The notes under the pieces are model-generated. The model had not been told where the DNA came from. It worked only from the letters and a program-made list of their open reading frames with translations, and made no database searches. A stretch of 64,000 bases of DNA, taken from NCBI RefSeq assembly GCF_018350175.1, contig NC_058376.1:30814001-30878000 (forward strand). Reading direction: 5' to 3'. Shown in pieces: positions 26,420-39,575 of this stretch. Positions within the stretch are counted from its first letter, which is position 1. Every line of letters starts with the position of its first letter. The translations under genes and the position numbers were made by a program. The stretch comes from Felis catus (lineage: Eukaryota).

Positions 26420-26869
26420 AAATAAACTGGGTAAAACTGGCCAAACTTTAACTTTTTGATTGGGAGGAATCAATGATATTTTATTGTCCTGTTAATACTT
26501 TATAACATAAGTAATATCTAAATATGTTTGACTTAGAATTATACTATTATATATAAATCTCAACTCCTATAGTACTCACTCCAATAATTATCATTATCTA
26601 CTAGCAATTGCATAGAGTTTGACAGTCTATCAAGACTTTAAAGTAGGAAATATTTTATACACATTGTTCTTGAATATTATTAACTTTTTGACAGAGGAAT
26701 TAAAAATTGACAGCCATTGAACTCATGTAAAATTAGATACAAAAATAGAATTGTAAAGCCCTTTTTATTTACTGGCATTTCTATTTCCCAACAGCAAACA
26801 CAATTCTCATTTATGAAGTGCTTTCTTTATGTCACATTGTGCTTTAGAAAGATTGCTTTTTAATTCTTT

Positions 26870-27092
26870 TTAATTTTTTAATGTTTTTTTTCTTTTTTTA
26901 CTTTTGAGAGAAAGAGAGAGAGACAGAATGAGCAAGGGGAGGGGCAAAGAGAGAGGGAGACAGAATCTGAAGCAGGCTCTAGGCTCCACACTGTCAGCAC
27001 AGGGCCTGACATAGGGCTAGAACTTAGGAACCATGAGATCACGACCTGAGCCAAAATCAGACGCTTAACTGACTGAGCCACCCAGGCGCCCC
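26870..27092 (-). mobile_element. CanSINE
   Basis: ...gactgagccacccaggcgcccc; TSD tttttaattcttt. Confidence 0.94.
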
Positions 27093-27127
27093 ACTTTTTT
27101 AATTCTTTGTAACAATCCAAAGACAAA

Positions 27128-27270
27128 AGCTTTATTATCTCCAAGCTTTGCTATCTCCATAGATGAAGAAGCTCAGATTGTATAAGACCATCTGGTTAAT
27201 AAAGTGGCAGAGCTGAGTCAAACCCAATCCTTTGACTAAATCCATTATTTGAACCACAATGCCATATTGC
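27128..27270 (-). mobile_element. MIR fragment
   Basis: catagatgaagaagctcag...aagtggcagagctgagtcaaaccca. Confidence 0.55.
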
Positions 27271-27527
27271 TCCCTTAACAAATAGTAGTATTTTCATAAA
27301 CATAAATTAAATGCAAGTTCCAGTTCCCATGAAAGCACCTGAGCAAATGGAGGAGAGGGAAGTAAGATGCATTTCAGGAAGAGAAAACCAACAGCAAGAA
27401 GGCCCAATGACGGAAAGGAGCTCATTGTGTTCCAGGAAAGGCCAGTGTGGGTTGAGTATTATGATTGAGTGGCAAGGACGAGATAGTAGAGCTTTAGAGG
27501 GTAAACTACATAGACTTAAAGACGGGG

Positions 27528-27636
27528 GCAGGTGAGTGCCCTACCTGGATTTGCTGGAACTGCCCTGGCATCATTCTGAAGAATGCTTCCTTTTGTTTTC
27601 CAAAGTGCTTAGTATGGAGTAATATATGGTGATCCG
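27528..27636 (+). mobile_element. MER81-like hAT-Blackjack MITE (decayed)
   Basis: cctggatttgctggaactgccctggc...ccttttgttttccaaagtg...tatatggtgatcc resembles the MER81 layout. Confidence 0.45.
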
Positions 27637-28706
27637 ACTTATAGGTAAAGTTGAAGATTTTAGATTTCACAAGAAATGAACAAAATTTTTGGTGGCTACT
27701 TGGGATATTAGTAGGAAAGTGAGAGATATTTTAGTCCAAATTCCATACCTGGTACTTTTGTCAACTGACAACATCCTCATGATATACTGAAGCCATTTTT
27801 CATGGAAACTTACTGAAGCAAAGCTATTTCTTTTAGGTAAATGTGGGGAGAAACATGCCAGGAGTAGTATTAAACACGTGTTTCAGACATCATTGGATAA
27901 ATATATGTAACATCTGATTATTTGGGAGCTACTAATTTATTTTGAAATTTATCCCATTTGACAACTTCAGATTTTCCTTTTGTTGCTCACATTTTAGACA
28001 TGTTGCCCTACATTCAGAAGAGTTATAATTTGACTGCTTGTTGAAAACATCAAGAAAATGTCTCTAATTTGACCATTTATAGACAGTTTTGGGGATGAGT
28101 GGGGTGAAGCAGTTGATATTTTGTGATTAAAAATGGCCAAAATTTGGGATTATAATACTTTGTTAATTTTAGTAGTATCACAAATGGCCTTGATTAGGAC
28201 AAAATAATGAAGGTTTGATGGATTCTGATAACTCTTACCAAGTTTTGGTATCCTTTCAGGTACAGAAGCTAAAACAATCAGATGCAATGAGGCAGTTATC
28301 TCTATGTAGGGAGTTGGCACCTCTCCAAGCAGGAAGTGGCTCTATTTACTCTTGGTCTTAATTTAGGAATGAAAAGTATTACTTACCTTGTCCTCATAAT
28401 AACAGTGGAGCCTAGAGAATAAAAATATAGCCAGAGACTCAGAAGACAATTGGATTTATTCCCTTATGGCTGACCATGTACTCTGTGGACGGCCAAGGAT
28501 GACTCTAGGACATGTCAGAGGAAGAGAGGGATTTTTTAAAAAACTTCCATGCTTAAGATGACATCTTTCTAGTTTCATATAAGATATGAAGTTTTAATTA
28601 AAGTATACATGAATATTGAAATAAATATTTAAACACTTTTCAGGAAAATACACCTACAATAAATTTTCATCATGAGAAGTCAGTATTCCTTACCCTAACA
28701 TGATAT

Positions 28707-28745
28707 TTTGTTTGTTTGTTTGTTTGTTTGTTTGTTTGTTTGTTT
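28707..28745 (+). repeat. (TTTG)n microsatellite
   Basis: About 9 tttg units. Confidence 0.93.
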
Positions 28746-29771
28746 TTTGGGTTTTCTTGGTGTCAGCTTGTTTTCATAGAGTATATGACAGTGGGTGGAG
28801 TGGAGGTGGGTTGTGGACTTAGCATCAGGAATAAGTGAAATTGTGCTTCTCATAGGTAAACAAAAATTGTCAAGCACATTGTTTCCAGTTGTTGTCAATG
28901 GTGTTATACGAGTTTTCTGAAATCATTTAAGTGTGGTCTTTAGCACATTTGCATTCATAAAAAGTGCCTGGGTATGTATGTTCCTTGCTTCTTCTCCTGC
29001 TCAGCTGTCAAAACATGGTGATGCTTTTGAAGATTTATGTTAGATAGGTAATGAGATTACTGAATGTTAACTGCAGCTTTCAGAATTCACTTGGTGGCAA
29101 AAGAAAAGAAGGTTACTGGGTCTTTGGGATAGAATAGAGAAATGATAGAGCTAGTTTTAATCAGCCAATTTGAAAATAAATATACTGTATTCTGCTTTAG
29201 GAAAGATTTCAAACTTTGTGTCATGTAATCAAATACAACATTTCTAGAAGAATATAGGATGTCACATTACATCCATTTCGGCAAAGTTCATGACAGCTTA
29301 GAATAATGGCCATATTTTGTGGTATGGACATATGCAAATCTTAATATTGGATGGGAAAGACTGAAGAGTCCACAGGCATGTGGGACACAATTTTTTTTTA
29401 AAAAAATGCTTTCATTGTTGCATTAAAAATGTAAATAAATCTCATGTAGTTGATCTATGTTCCTGTGTAAAACAGGAAAATAAACAATATGATTTCAAAG
29501 TGGTCATTTTCAGATTTACAGATTATAATGGTGTAATGGGTACCTTCCAAATCGGACCTCTACTGGTTATGGTTGTGAAATGTGTTGTTAAAATAGGAAA
29601 CATACTGAAAATTGTGAAATCAACATAATTAAGTTGAAGGTCCAAAAACGCATTATAATATATATTTCTTTTATTCAGAGATTTCACTGAGTTTCAGGTA
29701 GAGGGGAAAAAAGATAAAGCAACAGTAGTTTAGAAGTAACTGGCATTCTCGACAAGGAAGGTTGACCTTGA

Positions 29772-29999
29772 NNNNNNNNNNNNNNNNNNNNNNNNNNNNN
29801 NNNNNNNNNNNNNNNNNNNNNNNNNNNNNNNNNNNNNNNNNNNNNNNNNNNNNNNNNNNNNNNNNNNNNNNNNNNNNNNNNNNNNNNNNNNNNNNNNNNN
29901 NNNNNNNNNNNNNNNNNNNNNNNNNNNNNNNNNNNNNNNNNNNNNNNNNNNNNNNNNNNNNNNNNNNNNNNNNNNNNNNNNNNNNNNNNNNNNNNNNNN
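29772..29999. other. Assembly gap (228 N)
   Basis: N run. Confidence 0.99.
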
Positions 30000-32199
30000 T
30001 ATTGGAGTAATAACCCGTTGATACCGGGACAGGGTGGAATGACAGGAAGATGCTGTCGAGATTGTGTACCTCTGTGAACTATACAGTGTTGGAATGCTGT
30101 AAAAACTAATGCCTTCAGATAAGGACTAACAAGGCAGGAGGTGGTGGTAATCTATGGGGATCCACAATGGAGCAGCACATTAATATTTACTTGATAGCAC
30201 TCTTTATTCCTTTATTCAAATTGACAGATGTAGCTGTACAGCAGTAATGAATCCGGAAGTTAGAATTTAAACATATACTCACGTTTATTTTAAATTTAAA
30301 TGTGTTCTTAAATAAATGTATTGAATTCCTTTTTTTAACATATCTGCATATATGATATTCAGTACTCTCAAGCTTTTATTTTATTTGGTCTAATAGTGAG
30401 GATTAAATGAACAGGAAGAGAAAAGAGAGGAAGTAATGGGAGGTAATGGGCAAAAAGAGCGATGTACAAAGCAGTTGTAACAAGCCTTCCTGGTACCTAA
30501 GAGCCTAACTGCTTTGGCTGAAGACTTGAGGCTCATGGGAAATGAAACAGATTGAAAAGCTAGAAGCAGACAGATGGCTATTTGTAATCAGCCTGTAAAT
30601 ATAAATCCTATAAAGATGTTGCGATTATTTGTATGTTTGTTTGTTTGTTTATACTCAAACCTAGATCTAGAGAAAATAGGACGCAGTATTGTAAGCTTCA
30701 CATAATCAGGTATTTCCCCTTGTTACCATTCTGAAAAACATTACATAATACTTAAAAAAAATGCTAGCCTCTGTAGTTCTGAATTTTAAATTCAATGTGC
30801 TATTTTTTTCATTACCCAGAGTTGTAGGCATCTCCGTAACCAAGATTGGAATTACCCCTAAATGGAGCAGGTGCTAGAAGGAAGTTGTTTGGGAATCATA
30901 GCAGAATATTTTGAGGGTATCCAGGGGAGGTTTTTCTTCTGAATATAGGAAGGCATTGCCTTGAATGTGTTTAGACTGATACCTGCTGTTCTAGACACCA
31001 TCCTCCTCCTCACATACTATATTTGGGCACATCTCCAAGATGCTCTCATCCCTTTGAGCTCTCTGTGATTCTGGAGGCATCATTCCCACATGAACATTTT
31101 GTGCACGATGGCACTTTAAGGAAGAAAAAAAGGGGAGTTGATTAAACATTAATTAGCTTCAATCCACAACTTCCTCCTAAGCTAATGGATAGAGTTTGCA
31201 GATCCCTGTCAAATATCAGATGCTAGGCTTTGCCAAAAATAGGACTTCCAAGTGTTGAAGGTATGCCAACTGCCGGCTCCTTAACTCCAACCAAAGGAAA
31301 TGATTGCCAGAGGCAGGCCTTGAGTCTGCTGTGGTCAGATGTCACCAGTTTGCAGTGCCACATGTGATCCAAGAGTTTATGAATGATCTCAACACTTGGT
31401 CCCCAAGGAGAACATATGCATTACAGAGGTTACAGATACAAATTACAGAGAGCAAGATGTTTCCATGCAATTTCTAAGAATCCTTCAGCAAGTTTTAAAC
31501 ATTAATGGAAAACATTAAGGAAGACTTGGCACTCTTAGCAGGACTTCAAATTATATTGCTGGTGAGGACAGAACAGAGCTAAAAAAAAAAAAGGGAAGAA
31601 GAAAGGCTTAGCTAAGAAATCTGGGGCTGGCCATTCCTCTTGTGAATTGTGTGTGTGTGTGTTTTACTCCCTGCAGAATTACCAGGCTTCACAAAATGCT
31701 AGAACTTGAAAATGAACAAGTCACAGGGCATCCTTGTTTATTCAGCATGCTCCAGTTCTTATCACTGGTTTATCAGGATCGTTTGCCGACTGAATGTGCT
31801 TGCACAGGGAGTCTTAGTAGAGACGGGGGCGGGGGTGGGAGGGTGAGAGCGTCTCAGTTTGGAATTGTCAGCATGCTGCAGGGGTACCAAAGTGCCAGAG
31901 TGTCAGCTTGCACAGCAGTAGCAGGACGTCTCCCCACTGAGTCCTTTCTTTCTCATTCCCCTTCTGTGCAGAAGAAACCACTTATGACTTGTCCCCTAGA
32001 TATCAGATTTTATCATCTATTTAGCTGGTGGCTAGCCTGTCTGTTCTGACTATATTTTGTTTGATCATACCAAGTATAATAAAATAGTTTGTTGTGAATG
32101 ATGATTCCTCTTTCAGTGTATTTGGTCTTTGAGTCATTGAAACTTCAGAAAAATACAGAATTACTATAGCTTGTCAGTGGGGTCCTTTCAGTTGAAGGG

Positions 32200-32500
32200 G
32201 GGCAGGTCAATTTAAACTGGTCTAAATATGAAAGAAAGGTTGTTTAGATCATGTAACTAGAAAGCCCAGATTTAGCCCAGTCTTCAGGATTTATTGATCC
32301 AGATAGGTCCTCAAGAACCCAGATGTTTTCAAGTACGTGGCCTCCGTTTCATCCTCAGACTGGAGCTCCCCCTGGGGTCACAGCCTGGCTGTCAACAGCA
32401 GCCATTTAGTACAGCAGGAAGAGATAGTGTTCTTTCCTCAGAGGTAGAAGACCTAAGCTTCAGTCTGGTTGGCATTACACCTGCCCATTCCCTGTGATGA
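32200..32500 (-). mobile_element. Old MaLR LTR fragment (MLT1K/L-like)
   Basis: tttaaactggtctaaa...tcatgtaactagaaagcccag...cttcagg...gatccag motifs. Confidence 0.45.
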
Positions 32501-33764
32501 TATAGGCAGTGGTGGGGCTGGTAGTGGTAGTGGTAGAAATAGGGAAACAATATACACCAGCTGTAGGAATGGCTAGCATATTTTTTCTAGTCCATTATAA
32601 TACCGATAGTATAATTTGTTCTAACAGTTTTACTAGTTGACATAAATCTGTTGTGTCTTTGAGGAATTGATTTCTGACCTTGAACTGACTGGATTTTATT
32701 TTAGATATTTCTGGGCTTATCGGTAGGCAATTCAAGTATTCTGTCTCTTAAATCCACCCAGCTTAAACTGTTCTTCCTAAACAACATTTTAAAATCAAGT
32801 TAAAATATTTTGGTTTGTTTAATGTAATAAGGAAAAGACTACAACACACCCCTTGGAGAGGAGTTCATCGATTCAACCTGTCAAGAACACTCGATGAGCT
32901 CTTCTGATGCCCTGCAAGATGGGAGCCTGTTGGAGGCTTACCTAGTCCAGTGTGAGAATAGAAGGAAAAACTTTTCAGATGACTAAGTCAGAGGCTGACC
33001 CTGAAGGAACAGTATACATTTGAAGGGAGGAACAGGAAAAAGTAAAGAAACAAAGGGCTATCTGGGGGAGATTTTCAACCCAACAGACCACCATATGCTA
33101 ATGTACATTGATAATTAGACGTTCCTCTGTATGTTTTCTACCGAGAAGTCTTGAGCCACACAGCTGTGACAGTTTCTGGGCACATACAGAGAGAAACCCT
33201 GCTGGCAAAGAAACCTTGTTATCAGTATTGCTCTGAGCTGCTATCAGTTTCTACTGCTGCTAACAATGCTTTTAATTATAATTTCTTTTTAGATTACCTT
33301 TCTCATGATCAATTTAGTTTGTTGCAGGTGATGTTTTTTATCCAATGGTGTGTATGAACACTTTCATCAGTAATTTCTCTACGCTCTGTATTTCTAATAA
33401 CTACTTAGAAGCATGCATACATTGTAATTCAGAAATACATCTTTTGCTCTCTTAATTATGTAGCCTCATCTCATTGTCATTGCTAGTTTATCTTAATAAA
33501 CTAAGATGGAAATGCCTGAGTCATGATTTGCTTTGTCTATGTTGACAAAATAGAAAATAAAAATGTAAAAAAATATATAAAATATAAAATACTTTATAAA
33601 ACATATAAAGATATAAAATATATGTCTTTAAAATTCTTGACAGCTGTTGATTTAGGACAGAAGGGAGAGGACCTGGTGAGTGAAAGAAGGTGGTATGAGG
33701 AAACAGGAGCCAAAGATATAAGCTGTAAAGGCACAACTAGATCTAAAACTCTTTCAGGCCATTA

Positions 33765-34293
33765 TATTAGTTACCTATTTTTGTGCAACAAACTACAAGA
33801 CTCAGTGACTTAAAATAACATACATTTATTCTCCATCTGTGGATCAGGAACCCAGATATATCTTAGTCGTCTGCTCTAAGGATCTCTCACAAAGCTGCAG
33901 TGAGGTGTTGGTTAGGGCTGTGTTATCATGTGAAAGCTCGATTGAGGAAGCTTGTTGGACTGAAAGCCTCACTCAGTTCCTTGCTTGCTGTTGCCTAGAA
34001 GCTGCCTTTAGATTGTTGTCAAATGGACCTCTTCTTTGAGCAAAAAGGTATCTTACATGATCAAGGAATTCCATGAAGGAAGAAAGGGAGTGACAGAGAA
34101 AAGAGCTAGAGAAAGTAAGAAAGATGAAAGTTATCATCACTTATAACCCAATATTGGAGATGATATTCCATAAGTTTACAATAACCTATTCATTAAAGGC
34201 AAGTCACTAGGTCCAGCCCACAGAACAGGCAAGGGGATTACACATGAAAATAAATGCCAGGAGGGAGGGATATTAAAGAAAAAGCCTACCACA
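33765..34293 (-). mobile_element. MaLR solo LTR (MLT1E/F-like)
   Basis: tattagttacctatt...ctcagtgacttaaaataacatacatttatt...ctgtggatcaggaa...aagtcactaggtccagcccac...gcctaccaca. Confidence 0.8.
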
Positions 34294-36604
34294 GGCATTA
34301 TCATGTCATGCTTGTTTCGTATTTCTTCACCATTTTATAGGACAGTGCCAAGTCCCTTGTTGTGTTTATTATGTTCCTGGAGAATTGAATTAATTTGTTG
34401 CAAATCTTTATGTCATGACTAAGAACTATATTTTATCAAACACACAGTAATTCAAAACTTTCTGATCTTCCAGAATAACTTCCTAAGTCACAGTGCATGT
34501 CAATGTAAAAAGAATGCAAATCTAACCCAGATTATGAGTACCTGGGTGTACTCTCATTTATGGTTTTCAGCTTATATACAGAAATGAATATTTGGGTTCT
34601 AGCCAATTAGATCCCCCCCAACAGTCCCGGGGATTTGAACCTTTGTATCTAAATTTAGCTCCACAAACAAATGCTATATCAAAACTGCACCTATTTGTAT
34701 TTTTTTTTCTTTAAAGCATAATTTATCACTATCCACTAAGCTTTTGTCATTGTAACCAGATTATTTTCTCAGTTAATCAGGTTTATTTACTTTATTTTGT
34801 TTCACTCTACATAAAGAACTGTTTGGAGCTTTAGTTATTACACATATTGCTGTGTGCCCTTGCTTTGGCTTATTTGTCAAGCCACATCAAAAATGTAGCC
34901 CTCAATTCTTTCTACAATAGGGGCTTAAAGAGAAAAAATATAGAGTTAATTTGGATTTGCTTTGCTTTCCTACATTTACAAGACCATTTTACTTCCTTTC
35001 ACCTCACATGCATGAATTCTTTACTGCAAAGAACACTTTCTTTTCTTTATCACCTGCAATAAAGTGTAGGGCAAAATCCAAGACAGAAATGAATAACTGG
35101 CATAAAAATTGGAAATAATAAATATTATTTCATTTTATTTTGCTAATATTAATGAATGGATATCAAAACCTCCGAAACATGTAAGCAAATATCAGAACAT
35201 ACTTAACCTTTGGTATGGTTTGAGAAGAGTAAAAATGACTTCACTTTTCCCTAAGAGTAAGTTTTCTACATTCTATGCTAGGACCTGGTGTAAAGGATAT
35301 GTTTCTCTTGAATGTTTTATTGAGACAGAGAAGAAACACATTTTATTACCCCAAAGATTTAAGGTAAAAGAAATGGTATCACTAAGCAAAAAATGAATTA
35401 ACTGGATGCTCCAAAAACCCCAAAGAGCATTTTACAAGTTGAAGAGGGTACAGTACCAATTATACTATTATATCACCCTACTCTCTGGGTGAATAGCCTG
35501 AAAGCCTAAAATTACAGTTGATGTTAGATTTCTTGGCTTCATTTGCAAATTGGAGTCATTTTCTTTTTGTGAAAGCCATAAACACATGTTACATTGTTTA
35601 AGAGTAGCAGTCCTTAGTTTGTTATGATATTTTTCTCCTTTTTGTCCTCCATGTCAAAGGACCTTTTTTTTTTTCCTTTCTTAATTTGGCTTGTTGCAAA
35701 TTGATGTAACACTGTGTTTCTGAATGATTTGCAATGGCCTTAAGTACCATCTGAGCAGAGGCTTTTTGGCGTGTCATTTGTTAGGGGACCAGTTCTAGAG
35801 AAGGTCCTTCAACTGGCCAGATGTGTCATTTTGGAACAGATTGAGGGCCTGCCAAAACACCATTTGTTGCCAGTACTGGATATTGTAGGGGTGCTCACCA
35901 CTCTGTTACCATATTTTTGCATGTCTTAACATTGCATAAATAGGCAGCTGTTCTGTATTTAGAATATAAATGAGTCACCAGCTTGCTTTCCCAGGAGGAT
36001 TTACCTGCAAAAGGGAACCACAGTGTTAACCCCTTCCCATCCCCCTGCCTGAATGTCCCATTAAATGCACTCTTCTCTCAGCCCATTCAGAAGCAAATCC
36101 TATGCATATAAATCACACCTCTCTTGCCAGTGAACAAGAGAACCAAAAATGTGCCGTTCACCATGCTAAAATGGAACACATTTCCTTAGCAGCAAAGGCA
36201 GTAAATTAATCAGCTTATAAGCTGAGAGTGAGCAATTTGTGCTGAATTCTTTCTTACTGTTCCTTCAATAAGGAGACAAGTTTCTCTAATCTCTAAAAGG
36301 GCCATGACTTCATTAAGATGGAAAACCGTGTTAAAGGATGTGTCGCAAGAGAAAAGAGAAGAAAAGCCCTAAAAGTCACTCAGTTGTCTCTCTGGAGCTA
36401 TTTTCAGGCCAGGGATTTTTTATTTATTTGTAGAATGACAATTAACCTAGAGACTTTGCCCAAAAAGGAGCAGAGTGCTAAAGTGGGTCTCATTATAGGA
36501 CACCAAAGGCAGTTGGTTTGACCTAATCCACATTTGTAACAGATGATTTACATAACAGACTAGCAGAATCTACCTAATTTTGATTTCAAATAGCTTAACC
36601 AATT

Positions 36605-36612
36605 TACATATA

Positions 36613-36645
<33 letters not shown>
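36605..36645. repeat. (TA)n microsatellite
   Basis: Alternating ta run with one ca interruption. Confidence 0.93.
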
Positions 36646-37259
36646 GCATAGGTATAATGCACTGTATGTGCATATGTTTGTTTTGTGTGTGTGTTGTGTG
36701 TGTTGCCTTTAGATATACTTAGGAAACAAAGTTGTCATTGTTGGAATATAAAAGAATAGGAAAGTCAAGGCAGCTAGACAAAGCAAAGGCTGTTGAAGTA
36801 TATGGTATATTCCTGGTCTGAACTACTTTTTTGAATGTTTATCCTAAAATAGACATGGCCCTTATTTGCTAAAGAAACCCAGCATCCTGCAATCTGATAG
36901 GGCCAAGTCATTTCTCCAGGCTTTTCATCCTGCCAGCAGAAGAAATGCACACACAGATAGATAGGTGACATTTGGAGAGCCAGGCATGCCAGATTTTCGG
37001 AGGTTACAATGGAGGTCCAACCTGCTGTTCTCCTAATGAAAGGAGGGGAAATTCAGACTGGCCAAACTGCTATAAGGGATATCTCTGCTCTGAATGTCAC
37101 GCTGCCCAGATGTCGCTTGGCAGGTGGAGAAGCAGAGAGAATGAAAATGTAGCCCTGTGTATGTGGGTGCTAGTGCGTTGCAGGGTGAACAATGAGTCTA
37201 TCTTCTGAAGTGTAATGAAAACAGTGTAGATCTTGTCCATATTCATGTCATGAGAAAAT

Positions 37260-37660
37260 GCATTCTCAAAAAGTCCTCACTCCACTTCCCCTCCCAGACT
37301 GACATACATATGTGCTCACAGACCATGTGCACATGACCTGTTTTGGGCTTTTAAGTCTAACTTGACAATTTACGTGTTTATTTTAATGCATTTGTATACA
37401 TATGTGTATATATGTTTTTTCTTTATAGAAAGTAGGATCATACTGCATAAAAAATATTGTACCTTGAATATTTAATCTCAAAACTATATCACAAGTATTT
37501 CTTTTCTTATTTTCCTTAGGCTTTTCTTATTTTTAAATTAGATTTATAGCAAAGGTACATGATTCCATAGTCAGCCATTTCCCTGTTGAACATTTAGGTT
37601 GACCCTAGAATATTTTTAAATGGACATGGCTATGTTCTCAGTAAATATTCAACGTTTATT
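37260..37660 (-). mobile_element. Ancient L1 (L1ME-like) fragment
   Basis: taggatcatactgcata...agccatttccctgttgaacatttaggttg is typical of the antisense L1ME 3' region. Confidence 0.5.
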
Positions 37661-37760
37661 AAAATGAAGTAAGTAAGATTTGAAGTTACTTTTTGCAAGA
37701 GAAAGCTAAAGTTGCTGTCATTGAATTTTCTTTCAAAAACATTGAATTATTTTTCTTCAG

Positions 37761-37918
37761 TGTTACGAGATGACTTCCGGCAAAATCCCACAGATGTTGT
37801 AGTGGCAGCTGGAGAGCCCGCAATCCTGGAGTGCCAACCTCCCAGGGGACATCCAGAACCCACCATCTACTGGAAAAAAGACAAAGTTCGAATTGATGAC
37901 AAGGAAGAAAGAATAAGT
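37761..37918 (+). CDS. ROBO2: ROBO2 internal coding exon (exon 3 in human numbering), N-terminal part of Ig domain 2
   Basis: Translates (L)[52 protein letters not shown], recognised as roundabout homolog 2. Acceptor ttttcttcag| and donor AGT|gtgagt; 158 bp, phase 1 in and phase 0 out. Confidence 0.97.
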
Positions 37919-38175
37919 GTGAGTTAAATTAAAATTAATTCCTACAGAGATTGAATATCAAGTCTTAAAATGGATCATTTTATTTTTGTTATTGTTAATA
38001 AAATTGTAGAATAGCATCGAATGCTGATTACCATTTAGACTGCATTGAAAGGACTGAAAAGGAGTAACCCAAACAAAAAAACTTTAGGATGAGTCTTCAA
38101 AGAGACAGAAATTAAACAACTCAGGTATAGATGATATAGTAATAATTGCACCCATCTGAATATGTAAATATGTCT

Positions 38176-38277
38176 TTGCAGTACAATATTGATGACTTAG
38201 GTTTTTTAACATCTCAAATACATACATCATTGCACTACAATATTGATGACTTGGTTTATTTTAATATCTCAAATACA
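38176..38277 (+). repeat. Tandem duplication, period 54 bp, about 2 copies
   Basis: ttgca(g/c)tacaatattgatgactt...ttttaa(c/t)atctcaaataca at 38176 and 38230. Confidence 0.9.
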
Positions 38278-39124
38278 GTTATTGATCATGCTGTACATGA
38301 ATGATAAAGGTTAGATGATGGCTGTGAAACAAATTACCTAGAACATTTCTTTTTACACCATTTTCAGAATTATAAGAGAAAATGATTCGAGGTGATAGGT
38401 CCTTCCAGCACCTTTTCCAATTTTTCAGTGTTTATAACTAAAATTTTATACATGAATTCATTTAAAAGTTTAGGAGGTATGAAGTAAAATCAAAGTAAAC
38501 ATGACTTTTATGGTTCCGCAGTTTAGCTCTTGCAGAAAAATAGTCTGCTTTCAAGGGAAATTGGTGATTAGGTTAATCACAATTAATATTCAAAACAAAA
38601 CACCCAGAACATTGTAAAGAGGTAGAAAAGGGGAAAGACATGCAATTATTTTATGGTTTTGTGGAATCCACTCAACTTTTGTTTATGACACTTATGGGAA
38701 CCAGTCCACTGAAACAGTAGAAATGCCTCAAACTTCTGAGGTTATTCCTAATACAATGTTTATATTTAATACAATTATTGAGAATAAATATACTTTATTT
38801 AAAATAATGTCCATTTCTCTGAGTAAATGTGACATTTCTGTCAAAAATCCATATAGTCTAGGTGTCTATTTAAAAATATCTTGTAAATGAGGATTTTTTT
38901 TTTTACATGCACACTATGGTTACACAATAACACAGAACTGGACAGGCCATATAGAGGATCACAATATATATTCCTATGATTCTGGCTTAAACTCTTGACA
39001 GCATGAGGATCTGCATTACTGGGGGCACTTTGGCTCTCTATGGTCTGTGTTTGGGTACCAAACATGAAAATGTGTTCCTGGTGACAGAGTTAAATCAATG
39101 TGGAAGGGTTTCTAGTTCATGTTT

Positions 39125-39575
39125 GCGTCATTTACCTTTCCCTTTGTACAAACCACCACAAAATACAGAGACTTATGATAACCATTTTATTTAGACTGTT
39201 TTGTGGGTAAGATGACAATTCTTCATTCTGTTCCAGATTGGCTGATCTTTGCTAGGTTTTTTCATGCTTCTGTGGCTTGTTTAAAAGATGTGCTGGCAGC
39301 CAGATGATCTAGGATAACCTTACTCACATGTCTGGCAATTGACTTACACCCAGTTGGGCATCTTCGTTCTTCTCTTGGCCTATAATTTTCCAGCAGGCCT
39401 GCTCAGACTGGTTCCCATAGTGGTCTCAAGATTCCAGCTGCAGCAAGGAAACATAAGTCTCAATGTGCTAGCACTTGCCTTCTATTGAAACATTTCTTTA
39501 GTTTCATCTGTCAAATCAAGTAATTTTTTTGCCAAACTCAGCTTCAGGGGGAGGAGGAGTGGCCTCCATGGACAT
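39125..39575 (-). mobile_element. Old MaLR LTR (MLT1I/J-like)
   Basis: acaaaccaccacaaaatacagagactta...tgatctaggataaccttactcacatgtctggc...ccagcaggcctgctcagact...gccaaactcag. Confidence 0.65.

Larger units (their letters stand above)
1..37760 (+). other. ROBO2: 3' part of ROBO2 intron 2
   Basis: No upstream ROBO2 exon recognised in the window; ends at the exon 3 acceptor. This intron is known to be very large in mammals. Confidence 0.85.

Noticed and set aside
37712-37760. N-terminal extension [16 protein letters not shown] of the exon 3 ORF
   Set aside because: Intronic branch-point/polypyrimidine region read through from a TTG; the true exon starts after the AG at 37760
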